64,000 nucleotides of DNA from Marinoscillum sp. (GTDB taxonomy: Bacteria; Bacteroidota; Bacteroidia; Cytophagales; Cyclobacteriaceae), in the NCBI GenBank assembly GCA_040218045.1, contig JAVJQA010000035.1:17946-81945 (forward strand). The letters are read 5' to 3'. Below are positions 1 through 8,989 of this stretch, one piece after another. The first letter of the stretch is position 1; each line of letters opens with the position of its first letter. The notes beneath the pieces are model-generated. The model had not been told where the DNA came from. It did not search any database and saw nothing but the letters and a program-made list of their open reading frames with translations. The translations under genes were made by a program, and so were the position numbers.

Positions 1-133
1 GTTCCTGATCTGTAGCACCATAGGTCTTGCTGATTTTTTTGATCACAGCTTTTTCTGCATCGGCGAACTCTTCGTCCACCATTGCAATTTTCACCAGTAT
101 GCCAAGTTGTTTTTTCTTCTGGAAGTCTAACAT
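1..133 (-). CDS. TerB-like protein, 5' end only (gene continues beyond the window start)
   Basis: Not in the ORF track because it runs off the window. The reverse-strand ATG at 133-131 gives MLDFQKKKQLGILVKIAMVDEEFADAEKAVIKKISKTYGATDQE. This resembles the paired-helix acidic pattern of TerB/DjlA-N domains. Pattern-level call only. Confidence 0.3.
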   Translation of the reverse strand, partial: MLDFQKKKQLGILVKIAMVDEEFADAEKAVIKKISKTYGATDQE

Positions 134-208
134 GTATGTATTTTAAGAAAAAATGGTGATTCTTCACATCGATTCTCATAGTTTTATCTACGAAAAATAA
201 GACGAGTA

Positions 209-715
209 ATGAATAAATGCATTTTTCTGGATAGGGATGGGGTTATCAATAAAGATTTTGTGGATTATGCCTATTCTCTTGACCGCTTTATGATTTTGGA
301 TGGTGTGCGAGAAGCCATTGCCATGATCAAAGAGGCTGGTTATCTCGCTATCGTGGTGACTAATCAATCAGGCATTGCCAAAGGGGTTTATAACCGGTCT
401 CAGATGCAGGAGTGCCACGATTACATGCAGCAGGAACTCAACCATCAGATTGATAGGATCTATTATGCTCCCTGGCACCCGGACTACTCAGAGTCATTGA
501 GCAGAAAACCCGGGACTTTGATGTTTGAGCGGGCCATTGCCCGCTACGATATTGACATTGATCAATCCTGGATGATTGGGGATAAAAAGCGGGACATGAT
601 CCCCGCCATTAAAATGGGTTTGAAAACCGTGCAGGTGGATGGCAATGATGATCAGATGGCTGATATGGTTGCCCCAAATCTGCTAGAGGCAGTAAAGAAG
701 ATTATAGCCAGTTGA
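209..715 (+). CDS. gmhB: HAD-IIIA phosphatase, D,D-heptose 1,7-bisphosphate phosphatase (GmhB)-like
   Basis: 168 aa. HAD motifs are FLDRDGVIN, VVTNQSGI, SRKPG and MIGDKKRD. The Cys/His zinc loop of E. coli-type GmhB is absent (YYAPWHPDYSESLS). Confidence 0.65.
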   Translation: MNKCIFLDRDGVINKDFVDYAYSLDRFMILDGVREAIAMIKEAGYLAIVVTNQSGIAKGVYNRSQMQECHDYMQQELNHQIDRIYYAPWHPDYSESLSRKPGTLMFERAIARYDIDIDQSWMIGDKKRDMIPAIKMGLKTVQVDGNDDQMADMVAPNLLEAVKKIIAS

Positions 716-1201
716 TTATTCACACAGCATATATTCGGTATAGGTGATCCCCAGCTCTTTTGCCTGGGCCCAATCCTTCCTTGCACCTTCTTTGTTTTCC
801 AGCATGCACTTGGCGGTTCCTCGGCTCACGTAGGCTTCAGCCATTTCTGGTCTTAACTCAATAGCTTTGTCAAATTCCCTGATGGCCAGCTCAACGTTTT
901 TGTCCGTTAAAAAAAGATAGCCCTTTTCGTAATATGCTTCTGCGTATTCGGTGTTTAGATCAGTCGCTTTGTTAAAGTCTGCCATCGCATCTTTTTTGTC
1001 ACCGGAAGCGGATTTGCAGACTCCTCGCAGATAGTAGACTTCTGCATTGTCCGGGTCATAGGAGGCTGCTTTATTAAAGTCTAGTATGGCTCCTTTGTAA
1101 TCCTCTTCGATGTATTTCTCATATCCGGTATTCAGGTATTTTTCTGCCCTATCCTGACCAAAACCGAAGATGACTATAAATATGATACTAAGAATTTTCA
1201 T
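716..1201 (-). CDS. secreted TPR-repeat protein
   Basis: 161 aa with an N-terminal signal-like helix (MKILSIIFIVIFGFG). Repeated 34-aa units end in AxxxYxxAIxLxP-type sequences (AILDFNKAASYDPDNAEVYY, AMADFNKATDLNTEYAEAYY, AIREFDKAIELRPEMAEAYV). Confidence 0.8.
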   Translation of the reverse strand: MKILSIIFIVIFGFGQDRAEKYLNTGYEKYIEEDYKGAILDFNKAASYDPDNAEVYYLRGVCKSASGDKKDAMADFNKATDLNTEYAEAYYEKGYLFLTDKNVELAIREFDKAIELRPEMAEAYVSRGTAKCMLENKEGARKDWAQAKELGITYTEYMLCE

Positions 1202-1312
1202 GTCGTAAAACTATCAAACGTGCATCACTTGAGCATGTTGTGCGCTCTATTATAGTCTGGCCTCTTTTTAAAAAATGAATGAACCTTTCAATGGAAGGAA
1301 AAATTCCCTCTC

Positions 1313-3145
1313 TTACTTTAAAGTCTTGTCCAGATTATACGCGGCACTGATCAGGGATAAATGAGTAAATGCCTGAGGGAAATTCCCAAGGGCTTCCCCG
1401 CGTGGCCCAGTTTCTTCGCCGTAAAGACCCAAATGATTGGCGTAAGTGAGCATTTGCTCGAACATTAAACGGGCTTTTTCTAGCTTTTCTTTATCGTCAT
1501 GACCAGCCCTTGTTAAAGCTTCCACCATCCAAAAAGTGCAAAGATTGAAGGTGCCCTCTTCGCCTGTCAACCCATCATCCGTTTCCTTCACATTGTAGCG
1601 ATAAACCAAACTATCCATCAATAGTCCTCCTTCTTCGGGGCTTTTGAGGGTGGCTTCAATGGTTTTTAGGATTCTAGTGTCTGAGGGAGAAACAAAGAAT
1701 GTCAGTGGCATCATCAAGTTGGAGGCATCCAGTGTTTTGCTGCCATAGTACTGTACAAATGTTTGCTGTTCTTTATCCCAACCTTTCTCCATTATTTCCT
1801 CATAGATTTTGTCCCGTTCCATCATCCAGAGATCCCGGTCTGAAGGAAAAGATCGCTTATCTGCGAGCCGGATCCCTCGGTCTAGTGCTACCCAGCACAT
1901 GAGCTTGGAGTAAACGAAGTGTTGACGGCCACCGCGTACTTCCCAGATCCCTTCATCCTTGAGGTGCCAGTTTGTGGCTACCCAATTGATCAACTTACGA
2001 AGTTGCTTCCAGAGGTCGTAAGAGATGGGACTACCGTATTTGTTGAAGAGATATACCGAGTCCAATAGCTCACCATAAATATCCAGCTGAAGTTGGTCAT
2101 AGGCGCCATTACCTATACGAACTGGCGATGATTTCATATACCCCTCCAGATGAGGAAGTGTAAACTCCTCCAGTTTGTGTCTTCCATCTATTCCATACAT
2201 AATCTGCATAGAACCATCCGGTCGAAGCTCGTAACACCGCTCTTCAATCCAGTGCATGAACCGCTCGGCTTCTTTGGTGAAGCCAATACGCATCAGTCCA
2301 TATACTGTGAAAGCAGCATCTCGAATCCATGTGTACCGATAGTCCCAATTGCGAACTCCTCCCAGTGTCTCTGGCAGTGCGCAGGTTGGAGAGGCCACAA
2401 TCGCCCCGGTTGGTTCGAAGGTCAGGAGTTTTAATGTTAAAGCTGATCGAATCACAATTTCTCTCCACCGGCCTTTGTATGTGCATTGCTTTACCCAATC
2501 ACTCCAGTAGTCAATAGTATCTATAAGGCCTTCATGGGCCACCGTGTCAGGAAAACTTTGGATACTTCCATTTTCTCCTTCTGTCTCTTTGATCACGAAG
2601 TTCGCAGTTTCACCTCCTTGAAGTTCTATTTCAGCATAAACGCCCTTCCCTCTTTCGTGTAAAGGCACCTCGGTTGCTAGAGTGATGGCCAGGTCTTTGG
2701 AATAGAAAGCCGCTCCATTCTCGTTGATGACTGTTTTGTGTTCATCCTGGGCGTAGTTAAAAGCGGGTTCGCATTCCACCCGTATTTTCATGTTGCCACG
2801 AACCATTTTAACCCAGCGGACCAACCGGTTCTGGCGTTCGCCTACCTTGGTTTTGCCAACAGGCATAAAATCAATGACCTCACAAACTCCATGATGAGCC
2901 AGGAAGCGGGTGATGAGCACATTGGTGTCTGGCCAGTAAAACTGTTTTCTGGTCACCTCTATTTCTGATTCTACGGGCGAAATTTTGAAATACCCACCAA
3001 TCTTATCATCCAGTATTCGTGCAAAAATACTTGGTGAGTCAAAATGCGGATAGCACATCCAGTCGATAGACCCATCAATACCCACATGGCAGGAGGTTCG
3101 CATATTTCCAATGATTCCGTAATCTTCAATTTTGTTGTAGGCCAT
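1313..3145 (-). CDS. glycoside hydrolase family 15 protein (glucoamylase/trehalase-like)
   Basis: 610 aa. The N-terminus [12 protein letters not shown], the WIRDAAFT motif and the C-terminal [13 protein letters not shown] motif match the GH15 family as I remember it. Confidence 0.8.
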   Translation of the reverse strand: MAYNKIEDYGIIGNMRTSCHVGIDGSIDWMCYPHFDSPSIFARILDDKIGGYFKISPVESEIEVTRKQFYWPDTNVLITRFLAHHGVCEVIDFMPVGKTKVGERQNRLVRWVKMVRGNMKIRVECEPAFNYAQDEHKTVINENGAAFYSKDLAITLATEVPLHERGKGVYAEIELQGGETANFVIKETEGENGSIQSFPDTVAHEGLIDTIDYWSDWVKQCTYKGRWREIVIRSALTLKLLTFEPTGAIVASPTCALPETLGGVRNWDYRYTWIRDAAFTVYGLMRIGFTKEAERFMHWIEERCYELRPDGSMQIMYGIDGRHKLEEFTLPHLEGYMKSSPVRIGNGAYDQLQLDIYGELLDSVYLFNKYGSPISYDLWKQLRKLINWVATNWHLKDEGIWEVRGGRQHFVYSKLMCWVALDRGIRLADKRSFPSDRDLWMMERDKIYEEIMEKGWDKEQQTFVQYYGSKTLDASNLMMPLTFFVSPSDTRILKTIEATLKSPEEGGLLMDSLVYRYNVKETDDGLTGEEGTFNLCTFWMVEALTRAGHDDKEKLEKARLMFEQMLTYANHLGLYGEETGPRGEALGNFPQAFTHLSLISAAYNLDKTLK

Positions 3146-3406
3146 ATATAATTGGTCTCAGATAGTTAAGAAAATATTGGGGATGTTGTTTGGCGAGTAG
3201 CCGAATGATTTTGGAATATACAACCTGAAAGGTAGAATGTTAAGTTTATTGGAGAATGTTGTCAAGTTTACCCTCGATTTGCAGAAAATCGATCTTGCTT
3301 CTTTTAAGACGAGGCTTAAAGTTTTTCCTGAGACAATTCAATGAATTTTTGAGCGCAATCAAAGAAAACTTCGCAGCAAGGAGTAAACCTATGATGTTCC
3401 ATCATT

Positions 3407-3529
3407 TTAAGAGAAAATCCCTACTAAGGTCACTATGATGAGTACAACTCCAATAAGATAGAAGAAAATTTTCAAACACCCGTTTCGAGCCTTTTCCTCG
3501 GAGGCAGGCATGTAATGATGATATGGCAT
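3407..3529 (-). CDS. possible 40-aa single-TM micro-protein downstream of the polyferredoxin gene
   Basis: Not in the track (<60 aa). Hand translation gives MPYHHYMPASEEKARNGCLKIFFYLIGVVLIIVTLVGIFS, with one clear hydrophobic helix. It is on the same strand, 67 nt after the stop of 3597-5150. No homology evidence. Confidence 0.2.
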   Translation of the reverse strand: MPYHHYMPASEEKARNGCLKIFFYLIGVVLIIVTLVGIFS

Positions 3530-3596
3530 GTGATCAGTTAATTATTATGGTGTTATAAAAATAACTCTCAACGTCTCATTTTGCCAAATCAAATGA

Positions 3597-5150
3597 TCAC
3601 TCCCTCACCTTCACACTGTTATTGCCAATCAATATAGGTTCTCCAAACCTGCCCTCTTCATCCCGGTTTTCCAGGTTCAAAACACCTCTTGGACAAACAG
3701 AAGAACAAACTCCGCAACCTACACAGCTTGCCCTTACGATGTTTTGTCCACGCTGTGCATACCAGCGTACGTCTATTCCCATTTCGCAGTAAGTGGAGCA
3801 GTTGCCACAAGAGATGCATTGACCTCCATTGGTGGTGATCCTAAACCTGGATTTGAAACGCTGAACTATTCCCAAATAGGCAGCAAGTGGACATCCAAAC
3901 CGGCACCAAACCCGGTTGCCCATTAGGGGGTAAAACCCGGTACCGATCACTCCTGAAAAAATGGAGCCAATCATGAAGCCATATGGCTTTCTGAGGAATG
4001 TATAGGTGTCCAATCCAAACAGTGAATTAGAGCCTGTGATAAACGTGTAGAGAACGCCAACTGTCATGATGACTGCAAAGACCAAAACTCCATGCACCAT
4101 CCATCGCTCAATTTGCCAGGCTTTTAGCGACTTGTCGGATAATTGGCGAAAGGGATCTCCTGCGGTTTCCGCTAGCCCTCCACAGCCACAAACCCAAGAA
4201 CAGTACCATCTCTTCCCAAAGAAGAATACAAACACAGGAACTCCCACCGCGAAGAGGGTAATTCCCCAGGCAAACATGAATATGCCCAAACCTCCTGCAG
4301 AAGTGAGTGTGTTGATATGCCACGCATCAAAAAAATCATAATCCAGTGGCCACATGTTTTTGAAATCAAAATAAGGTTGATTCAGGCGCACCAGGATCTC
4401 AGGCAGGAGAAAGGCAATGGCCACCTGGAAAAACATCACCGAACAAGTCCGTACAATCTGGTACTTACTGTGCCGGTATTTGATAATGGTACGAATACCC
4501 ATCACCACCACAGCAAAACAGTATAGGAACCCATAAAGGAACCACTGGCTGGCCTGAGCACCCGGATTGATCAAGTTCTGAACCGGGTCAACGAGAATGA
4601 TCCAGTTCATGATGTAAGCATCATAGAAGTAGAGGAGAATGTAGAAAATGATCAGCAATGTCCCAATCAAAATACCAATCCAACCTCGATTATTGAGTGC
4701 GTTATGAAAGATTCCATTGTTTTTAATACCAGGAGGTCCCGCAAGCTGAGCTTGTGGAAGGATGAACATCATAGAGCCGATTGTCCCAACAATGAAGACT
4801 AAAATAAAAAGGAGCGTAGTGTTCTCCACAATTAATCCATTGGTTGAAGCCCTGGTCAGGGCACTGGCATATTGATCATAGATTACTTGATCCCATTTTT
4901 GATCGGTTCTCATCTGGGCATTGACTTCTTCTATGGCCCCATTGATGTCATTGACAAAGGTTATACTGAGGGAATAGCTTTTCCCAATAATGCTTTCAAA
5001 ATTCTCATCAAGGAGTTCCCTATGTTCTGCCTTGACGATTTCCTTATAATTATCCTCTGATAGTGTATAAGAAGACATAAAGAAAAGTCCCAGGAAAAGG
5101 AAAAAGGAGAAGAGAAATAGAATGAGACCTGTATATCGTATTGCTTTCAT
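3597..5150 (-). CDS. polytopic membrane 4Fe-4S protein (NapH/NosR/YccM-like polyferredoxin)
   Basis: 517 aa with many TM helices. Cys motifs WYCSWVCGCGG and VWCRFGCP, plus a C-terminal 2x[4Fe-4S] ferredoxin pattern CISCGNCSTYC ... CVGCGVCSSVCP. Confidence 0.75.
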   Translation of the reverse strand: MKAIRYTGLILFLFSFFLFLGLFFMSSYTLSEDNYKEIVKAEHRELLDENFESIIGKSYSLSITFVNDINGAIEEVNAQMRTDQKWDQVIYDQYASALTRASTNGLIVENTTLLFILVFIVGTIGSMMFILPQAQLAGPPGIKNNGIFHNALNNRGWIGILIGTLLIIFYILLYFYDAYIMNWIILVDPVQNLINPGAQASQWFLYGFLYCFAVVVMGIRTIIKYRHSKYQIVRTCSVMFFQVAIAFLLPEILVRLNQPYFDFKNMWPLDYDFFDAWHINTLTSAGGLGIFMFAWGITLFAVGVPVFVFFFGKRWYCSWVCGCGGLAETAGDPFRQLSDKSLKAWQIERWMVHGVLVFAVIMTVGVLYTFITGSNSLFGLDTYTFLRKPYGFMIGSIFSGVIGTGFYPLMGNRVWCRFGCPLAAYLGIVQRFKSRFRITTNGGQCISCGNCSTYCEMGIDVRWYAQRGQNIVRASCVGCGVCSSVCPRGVLNLENRDEEGRFGEPILIGNNSVKVRE

Positions 5151-5162
5151 GCCGTGCAGTTC

Positions 5163-6491
5163 TTAGTTCAGGATTCGTTGGAAAAACGAAGGTTTGGTGA
5201 TACTTACTTTATTGGGGAATTGCTCATTGTACAACCTCTGGATTTCTGGTTCATATCGCTTGAACAACTCTGGATCGAAATTGGCTATATCTAAATGCTC
5301 AATGACGTATGATAAAGTTTTCTTGTCACTGAGCCATTTATTCCAGATCTCATGTCTTTGGCGAATGCCAAAAGTGTTGATGCCAATCACAGTTTGATCA
5401 GCGTTATTGTAAACAACCTTGATGCATTTTTTTCCATCCTCACACTCCCAATAAAAGGCTTTTTGATCATTTAGCAGGTTCACCGGCACATTTCCATAAG
5501 TTTGATACTCTATATCGAAAAACTTCGCTGAGTTGAACCAAACACCGGGTTCATATTTGGTGGGTTTACCGATAACAGTCCGGGCGACTGTTTCTCCCAT
5601 CATACGGCCTACGTACCATACCGCTTCAATGTCACGACGATGAGGAGGAGGATTTTTGAGTTGGGCACAATCTCCTATAGCGTATACATCGGGGATATTT
5701 GTTTGGAGGTTTTCATCTACCAAAATACCACGATCCAGATTGAGTTTAGAGTTTTTGAACAACGTGACATTGGGATGAACACCTACCGTGAGTCCTACAA
5801 ATTGACAATCAATGATCTCACCATCTTTGGTTTTGACACCTTTCACCCTCCCTGCTCCATCATCAATAATTTCTTCCAACTCGGTCTCAGCTCTCAGGTC
5901 AATGTGATTTTCTGTCAAGTGCCTGTCAATAAGTGATGATTCTTCTTCTGGTAAGACGTTGTTCCAGAAATGTTTTTCGCGGATGAGATAAGTCACCGGT
6001 ATATCTCTTGAGTGGAGCATTTCGGCCATTTCAACGCCTATCAGGCCACCACCAACAATTACTGCCTGAGTGACCTCTTTTGTAGACGCTTCCATAAGAG
6101 CTAGATCCTGCAGGCTGTAGAGTCCCTGAACACCTTTCAGGTCCTGTCCCGGCCAGCCAAACTTGTTGGATTGACTGCCTGTAGCCAGAATCAACTGGTC
6201 ATAATTAATTTCAGTTCCACTCTCAGTCAGGAGCATTTTCTTATCAAAATCAACTTTATTGACCCATGCCTTTTTGAGATTGATTTTATTCTTTTCCCAA
6301 AACCAGTCTTCATAGGGTTTGGTGTGCTGATAAGTCATATGCCCCATATAAATGTACATGAGCGCAGTTCGGCTAAAGAAATGTTCAGATTCACCACTTA
6401 TGATTGTGATTTTTGCATCACTGAGTTTACGGATATGCCTGGCTGCTGTAACTCCAGCTACCCCATTGCCTAGGATTACGATGTGTTGCAT
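5163..6491 (-). CDS. NAD(P)/FAD-dependent pyridine nucleotide-disulfide-type oxidoreductase
   Basis: 442 aa. FAD fold IVILGNGVAGVTAA, NAD(P) fold VIVGGGLIGVEMAE and the YAIGDCA motif. Confidence 0.8.
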   Translation of the reverse strand: MQHIVILGNGVAGVTAARHIRKLSDAKITIISGESEHFFSRTALMYIYMGHMTYQHTKPYEDWFWEKNKINLKKAWVNKVDFDKKMLLTESGTEINYDQLILATGSQSNKFGWPGQDLKGVQGLYSLQDLALMEASTKEVTQAVIVGGGLIGVEMAEMLHSRDIPVTYLIREKHFWNNVLPEEESSLIDRHLTENHIDLRAETELEEIIDDGAGRVKGVKTKDGEIIDCQFVGLTVGVHPNVTLFKNSKLNLDRGILVDENLQTNIPDVYAIGDCAQLKNPPPHRRDIEAVWYVGRMMGETVARTVIGKPTKYEPGVWFNSAKFFDIEYQTYGNVPVNLLNDQKAFYWECEDGKKCIKVVYNNADQTVIGINTFGIRQRHEIWNKWLSDKKTLSYVIEHLDIANFDPELFKRYEPEIQRLYNEQFPNKVSITKPSFFQRILN

Positions 6492-6562
6492 GAATTATAT
6501 TTCTTTCTCTAATGTAGGGGGTTTAGCGGTACCTCTATTATTCTAAACTTTGTTAACCCATC

Positions 6563-6584
6563 GTTTGTCAATTCATTGACAAAC
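6563..6584. promoter_or_regulatory. perfect inverted repeat GTTTGTCAAT-TC-ATTGACAAAC, candidate operator of the oxidoreductase operon
   Basis: 10-bp perfect arms, 72 nt upstream of the ATG at 6491. The core TGTCA-N6-TGACA has CRP/FNR-type spacing. Confidence 0.4.
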
Positions 6585-6903
6585 ACTCCAAAGTCATAAC
6601 AGAGGAATTTAAAAACATTTACGATCTGTAAGTCCGGTTTGGATATTTAATCTATAATCTTTTCGATAAAGACTGCTTTAGTTGACATATACGGCATTTT
6701 GAACTTAGTCCGTCGAAATTTGGTTAATACCACACGGTGCAACGACATCCAAAACTGACGTATTTCCGTATATTAAATCATTGATTTACAGGAGATAAGT
6801 GGATTAGCATTGTCGGTTGTTTTATCAAAGTACTAAGAACTAGAAGATGTTGATGGGTTACTGATAAATAGGTTAGGTTAGGTTTGAAAATCCCCATCAA
6901 TAG

Positions 6904-6937
6904 AAGCCCCGCCCGGATCAGCGGGGCTTTGCTTTTT
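6904..6937 (+). terminator. orphan rho-independent terminator
   Basis: AAGCCCCGC (6904-6912), an 8-nt loop, GCGGGGCTT (6921-6929), then TGCTTTTT. No plus-strand CDS ends upstream of it. Confidence 0.55.
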
Positions 6938-6977
6938 GCCTCAAGGCTTCTCTTACTCATAAGCCATTTATTTCATA

Positions 6978-7035
6978 AGATAATATATTATCTATTTATG
7001 CTTAAAAATACTATTATTGTATAATATATTATCTA
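6978..7035. promoter_or_regulatory. putative HipB operators (two copies of ATAATATATTATCTA)
   Basis: A perfect 16-bp palindrome AGATAATATATTATCT at 6978-6993. A second copy of the 15-mer lies at 7021-7035, overlapping a TATAAT and ending just before the hipB ATG. Confidence 0.5.
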
Positions 7036-7037
7036 CT

Positions 7038-7325
7038 ATGATTTTACAATTACCTTCTGAACTATTAGAGCAAATTGCTCAACGTGCAAAGGAAAAGCGG
7101 AAGCAAAAGAAGCTTTCGCAGGAAGAGCTTGCACAAAAATCCGGAGTGTCCTTTGGTAGTGTTAAGCGATTTGAGACCACTGGAAAAATTTCTTTGGAGT
7201 CACTACTCAAGATCGCGGTAGTGCTCGATAGTCTTGCGGATTTTGATCATTTGTTTAAACCATCCGCCCGACCCACTTCACTTGATGATATTCTAAAATC
7301 CAATAGCAAAACAAAAAGGCGATGA
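7038..7325 (+). CDS. hipB: XRE-family HTH antitoxin HipB
   Basis: The track ORF begins at TTG 7017; ATG 7038 (MILQLPSELLE...) is more likely. HTH segment KKLSQEELAQKSGVSFGSVKRFE. The stop overlaps the hipA start (ATGA). Confidence 0.8.
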   Translation: MILQLPSELLEQIAQRAKEKRKQKKLSQEELAQKSGVSFGSVKRFETTGKISLESLLKIAVVLDSLADFDHLFKPSARPTSLDDILKSNSKTKRR

Positions 7326-8554
7326 ACCTACAACCTGTTGATTTGATCCATGTGGGAATTTACCTTGGAACTGAGCGGGTACCAATAGGTCGGTTGGCCA
7401 TGTCACGCGGGCAGATCTATTTTGAGTATGACCCTGAGTTTATAGAGCGGGGTATTGAAATTTCTCCTTTTAAGTTGCCCTTAGCAGCAGGAGCGGTTCC
7501 TTGTGATGACAAGACTTTTGAAGGTTTGTTTGGGGTTTTTAATGATTCGTTGCCCGATGGGTGGGGCCGACTGCTACTGGACAGGGCAGTGCAGGCCAGG
7601 GGTGTGGCCTATCAGCGGCTGACACCTCTTGACCGTCTTGCACATATCGGTGATCATGGTATGGGCGCCTTGACTTATGATCCCGATTACTCTGATTTGG
7701 ACAAGGATCGTTCTACAGTAGATCTTGGCGCTATTGAAAAAGAAGTGAACAAGGTGTTGGAAGGCGAGCCTTCTGACATACTACGAGAGCTTTTGGAGCT
7801 GGGAGGAAGCTCAGCCGGGGCAAGGCCAAAGATATTGGTGGGATATAATCATCATGATCACAGGGTAATCCATGGAGCTGCCCAATTGCCAAATGATTTC
7901 GATGCCTGGATGATCAAATTTCCTTCCTCTTTGGATCAAAAGGATATAGCCAACATAGAGTATGCCTATTCGCTGATGGCAAAGGATGCAGGTATGGAAA
8001 TGCCCGAAACAAGGCTCTTTCAGGAACCTGGAGGTAAATCTTACTTTGGAGTGAAGCGGTTTGATCGCCAGGGGAATAAGCGCATTCACATGCACACGGT
8101 AGCGGGATTGCTCCATGCAGATCATCGGATTCCAAGCCTTGATTATGAGAATCTGCTACGCTGTGTTATGGCACTAACGAAAGACATAACTGAAGTGGAA
8201 AAGGCTTTTCGGTTAGCCGTGTTTAATGTCTTTTCTCATAATCGCGATGACCATAGCAAGAATTTTTCCTTCTTGATGAATGAGAAGGGAGAATGGCGTT
8301 TTGCACCTGTATACGATCTCACTTTTTCGTATGGTCCTGGTCGCGAGCATTCGTCCATGGTGATGGGTGAAGGCCGAAATCCCGGGAGCAAAGACTTGTT
8401 GAAATTGGGTGACAAATTCCAGATTAAGAAAGCCAAAATGATTATTGAGGAGGTACAGTTCCCAATAAGCAACTGGAAAGATTATGCTCAGGAGGCCGGA
8501 GTTTCCAATCAGTCAATGACAATAATTGGAAAAGAGTTGGAAAAAATCAAATAG
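7322..8554 (+). CDS. hipA: type II toxin HipA family Ser/Thr kinase
   Basis: 410 aa. HipA N-terminal coupling region, P-loop-like GGSSAGARPK and catalytic HNRDDHSKNFSF motif. Confidence 0.85.
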   Translation: MNLQPVDLIHVGIYLGTERVPIGRLAMSRGQIYFEYDPEFIERGIEISPFKLPLAAGAVPCDDKTFEGLFGVFNDSLPDGWGRLLLDRAVQARGVAYQRLTPLDRLAHIGDHGMGALTYDPDYSDLDKDRSTVDLGAIEKEVNKVLEGEPSDILRELLELGGSSAGARPKILVGYNHHDHRVIHGAAQLPNDFDAWMIKFPSSLDQKDIANIEYAYSLMAKDAGMEMPETRLFQEPGGKSYFGVKRFDRQGNKRIHMHTVAGLLHADHRIPSLDYENLLRCVMALTKDITEVEKAFRLAVFNVFSHNRDDHSKNFSFLMNEKGEWRFAPVYDLTFSYGPGREHSSMVMGEGRNPGSKDLLKLGDKFQIKKAKMIIEEVQFPISNWKDYAQEAGVSNQSMTIIGKELEKIK

Positions 8555-8572
8555 GTAGACCTTGGATCGTAA

Positions 8573-8938
8573 ATGAAACTCCCGGGAAAGAAGACATTAT
8601 TTTTAATTGATGGATGTGGAGCGTTGCTCTAGACCATGATGTTGATTTTCGTGCTGGTGCCCTTTCAGGAGTACTTCGGCATGCCAATATTCATTTTGCT
8701 TTGTTTGGGAGGTGTGGCGTTACTTTTTGCTATTTATTCTTTTAGCTGTTATCAGTTTCTTGGTTCAGATCATTCCTACTTTCTGCGAGGTATAGCTGTG
8801 GCTAATTTTCTTTATATGATTGTAACTGTGAGTTTGGTGGTAGCGCTCTGGGATGAACTGACCTATTTAGGAATCGGTTATTTTATTTTAGAATCAGGGG
8901 TGATTCTAAGTTTGGTTGTCATAGAATTAAAATCCTGA
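8573..8938 (+). pseudogene. small polytopic membrane protein interrupted by an in-frame TAG (8630-8632)
   Basis: ATG 8573 gives MKLPGKKTLFLIDGCGALL, then TAG, then in frame TMMLIFVLVPFQEYFG... (track ORF 8636-8938). The stop falls inside what reads as one continuous hydrophobic helix. Confidence 0.45.
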
Positions 8939-8983
8939 CAGGTTTCTCCATAGGAGTCCTGCGGACGAAAACCTGTCAGGATT
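8931..8983. terminator. 15-bp perfect stem enclosing two mini-hairpins, between convergent genes
   Basis: AATCCTGACAGGTTT (8931-8945) pairs with AAACCTGTCAGGATT (8969-8983). The loop contains CTCC-ATA-GGAG and GTCC-TGC-GGAC. An A-run precedes and a T-run follows. Confidence 0.6.
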
Positions 8984-8989
8984 TTCCAC

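Noticed and set aside
3256-3438. 60-aa plus-strand ORF between GH15 and the polyferredoxin gene.
   Set aside because: The sequence is basic and low-complexity, with no motif. It overlaps the more plausible minus-strand 40-aa TM micro-ORF and lies in a region transcribed from the other strand.
6778-6960. 60-aa minus-strand ORF in the 0.5-kb gap upstream of hipB.
   Set aside because: It reads straight through the antisense of a strong terminator hairpin, and the protein has no features. The region is better treated as non-coding.
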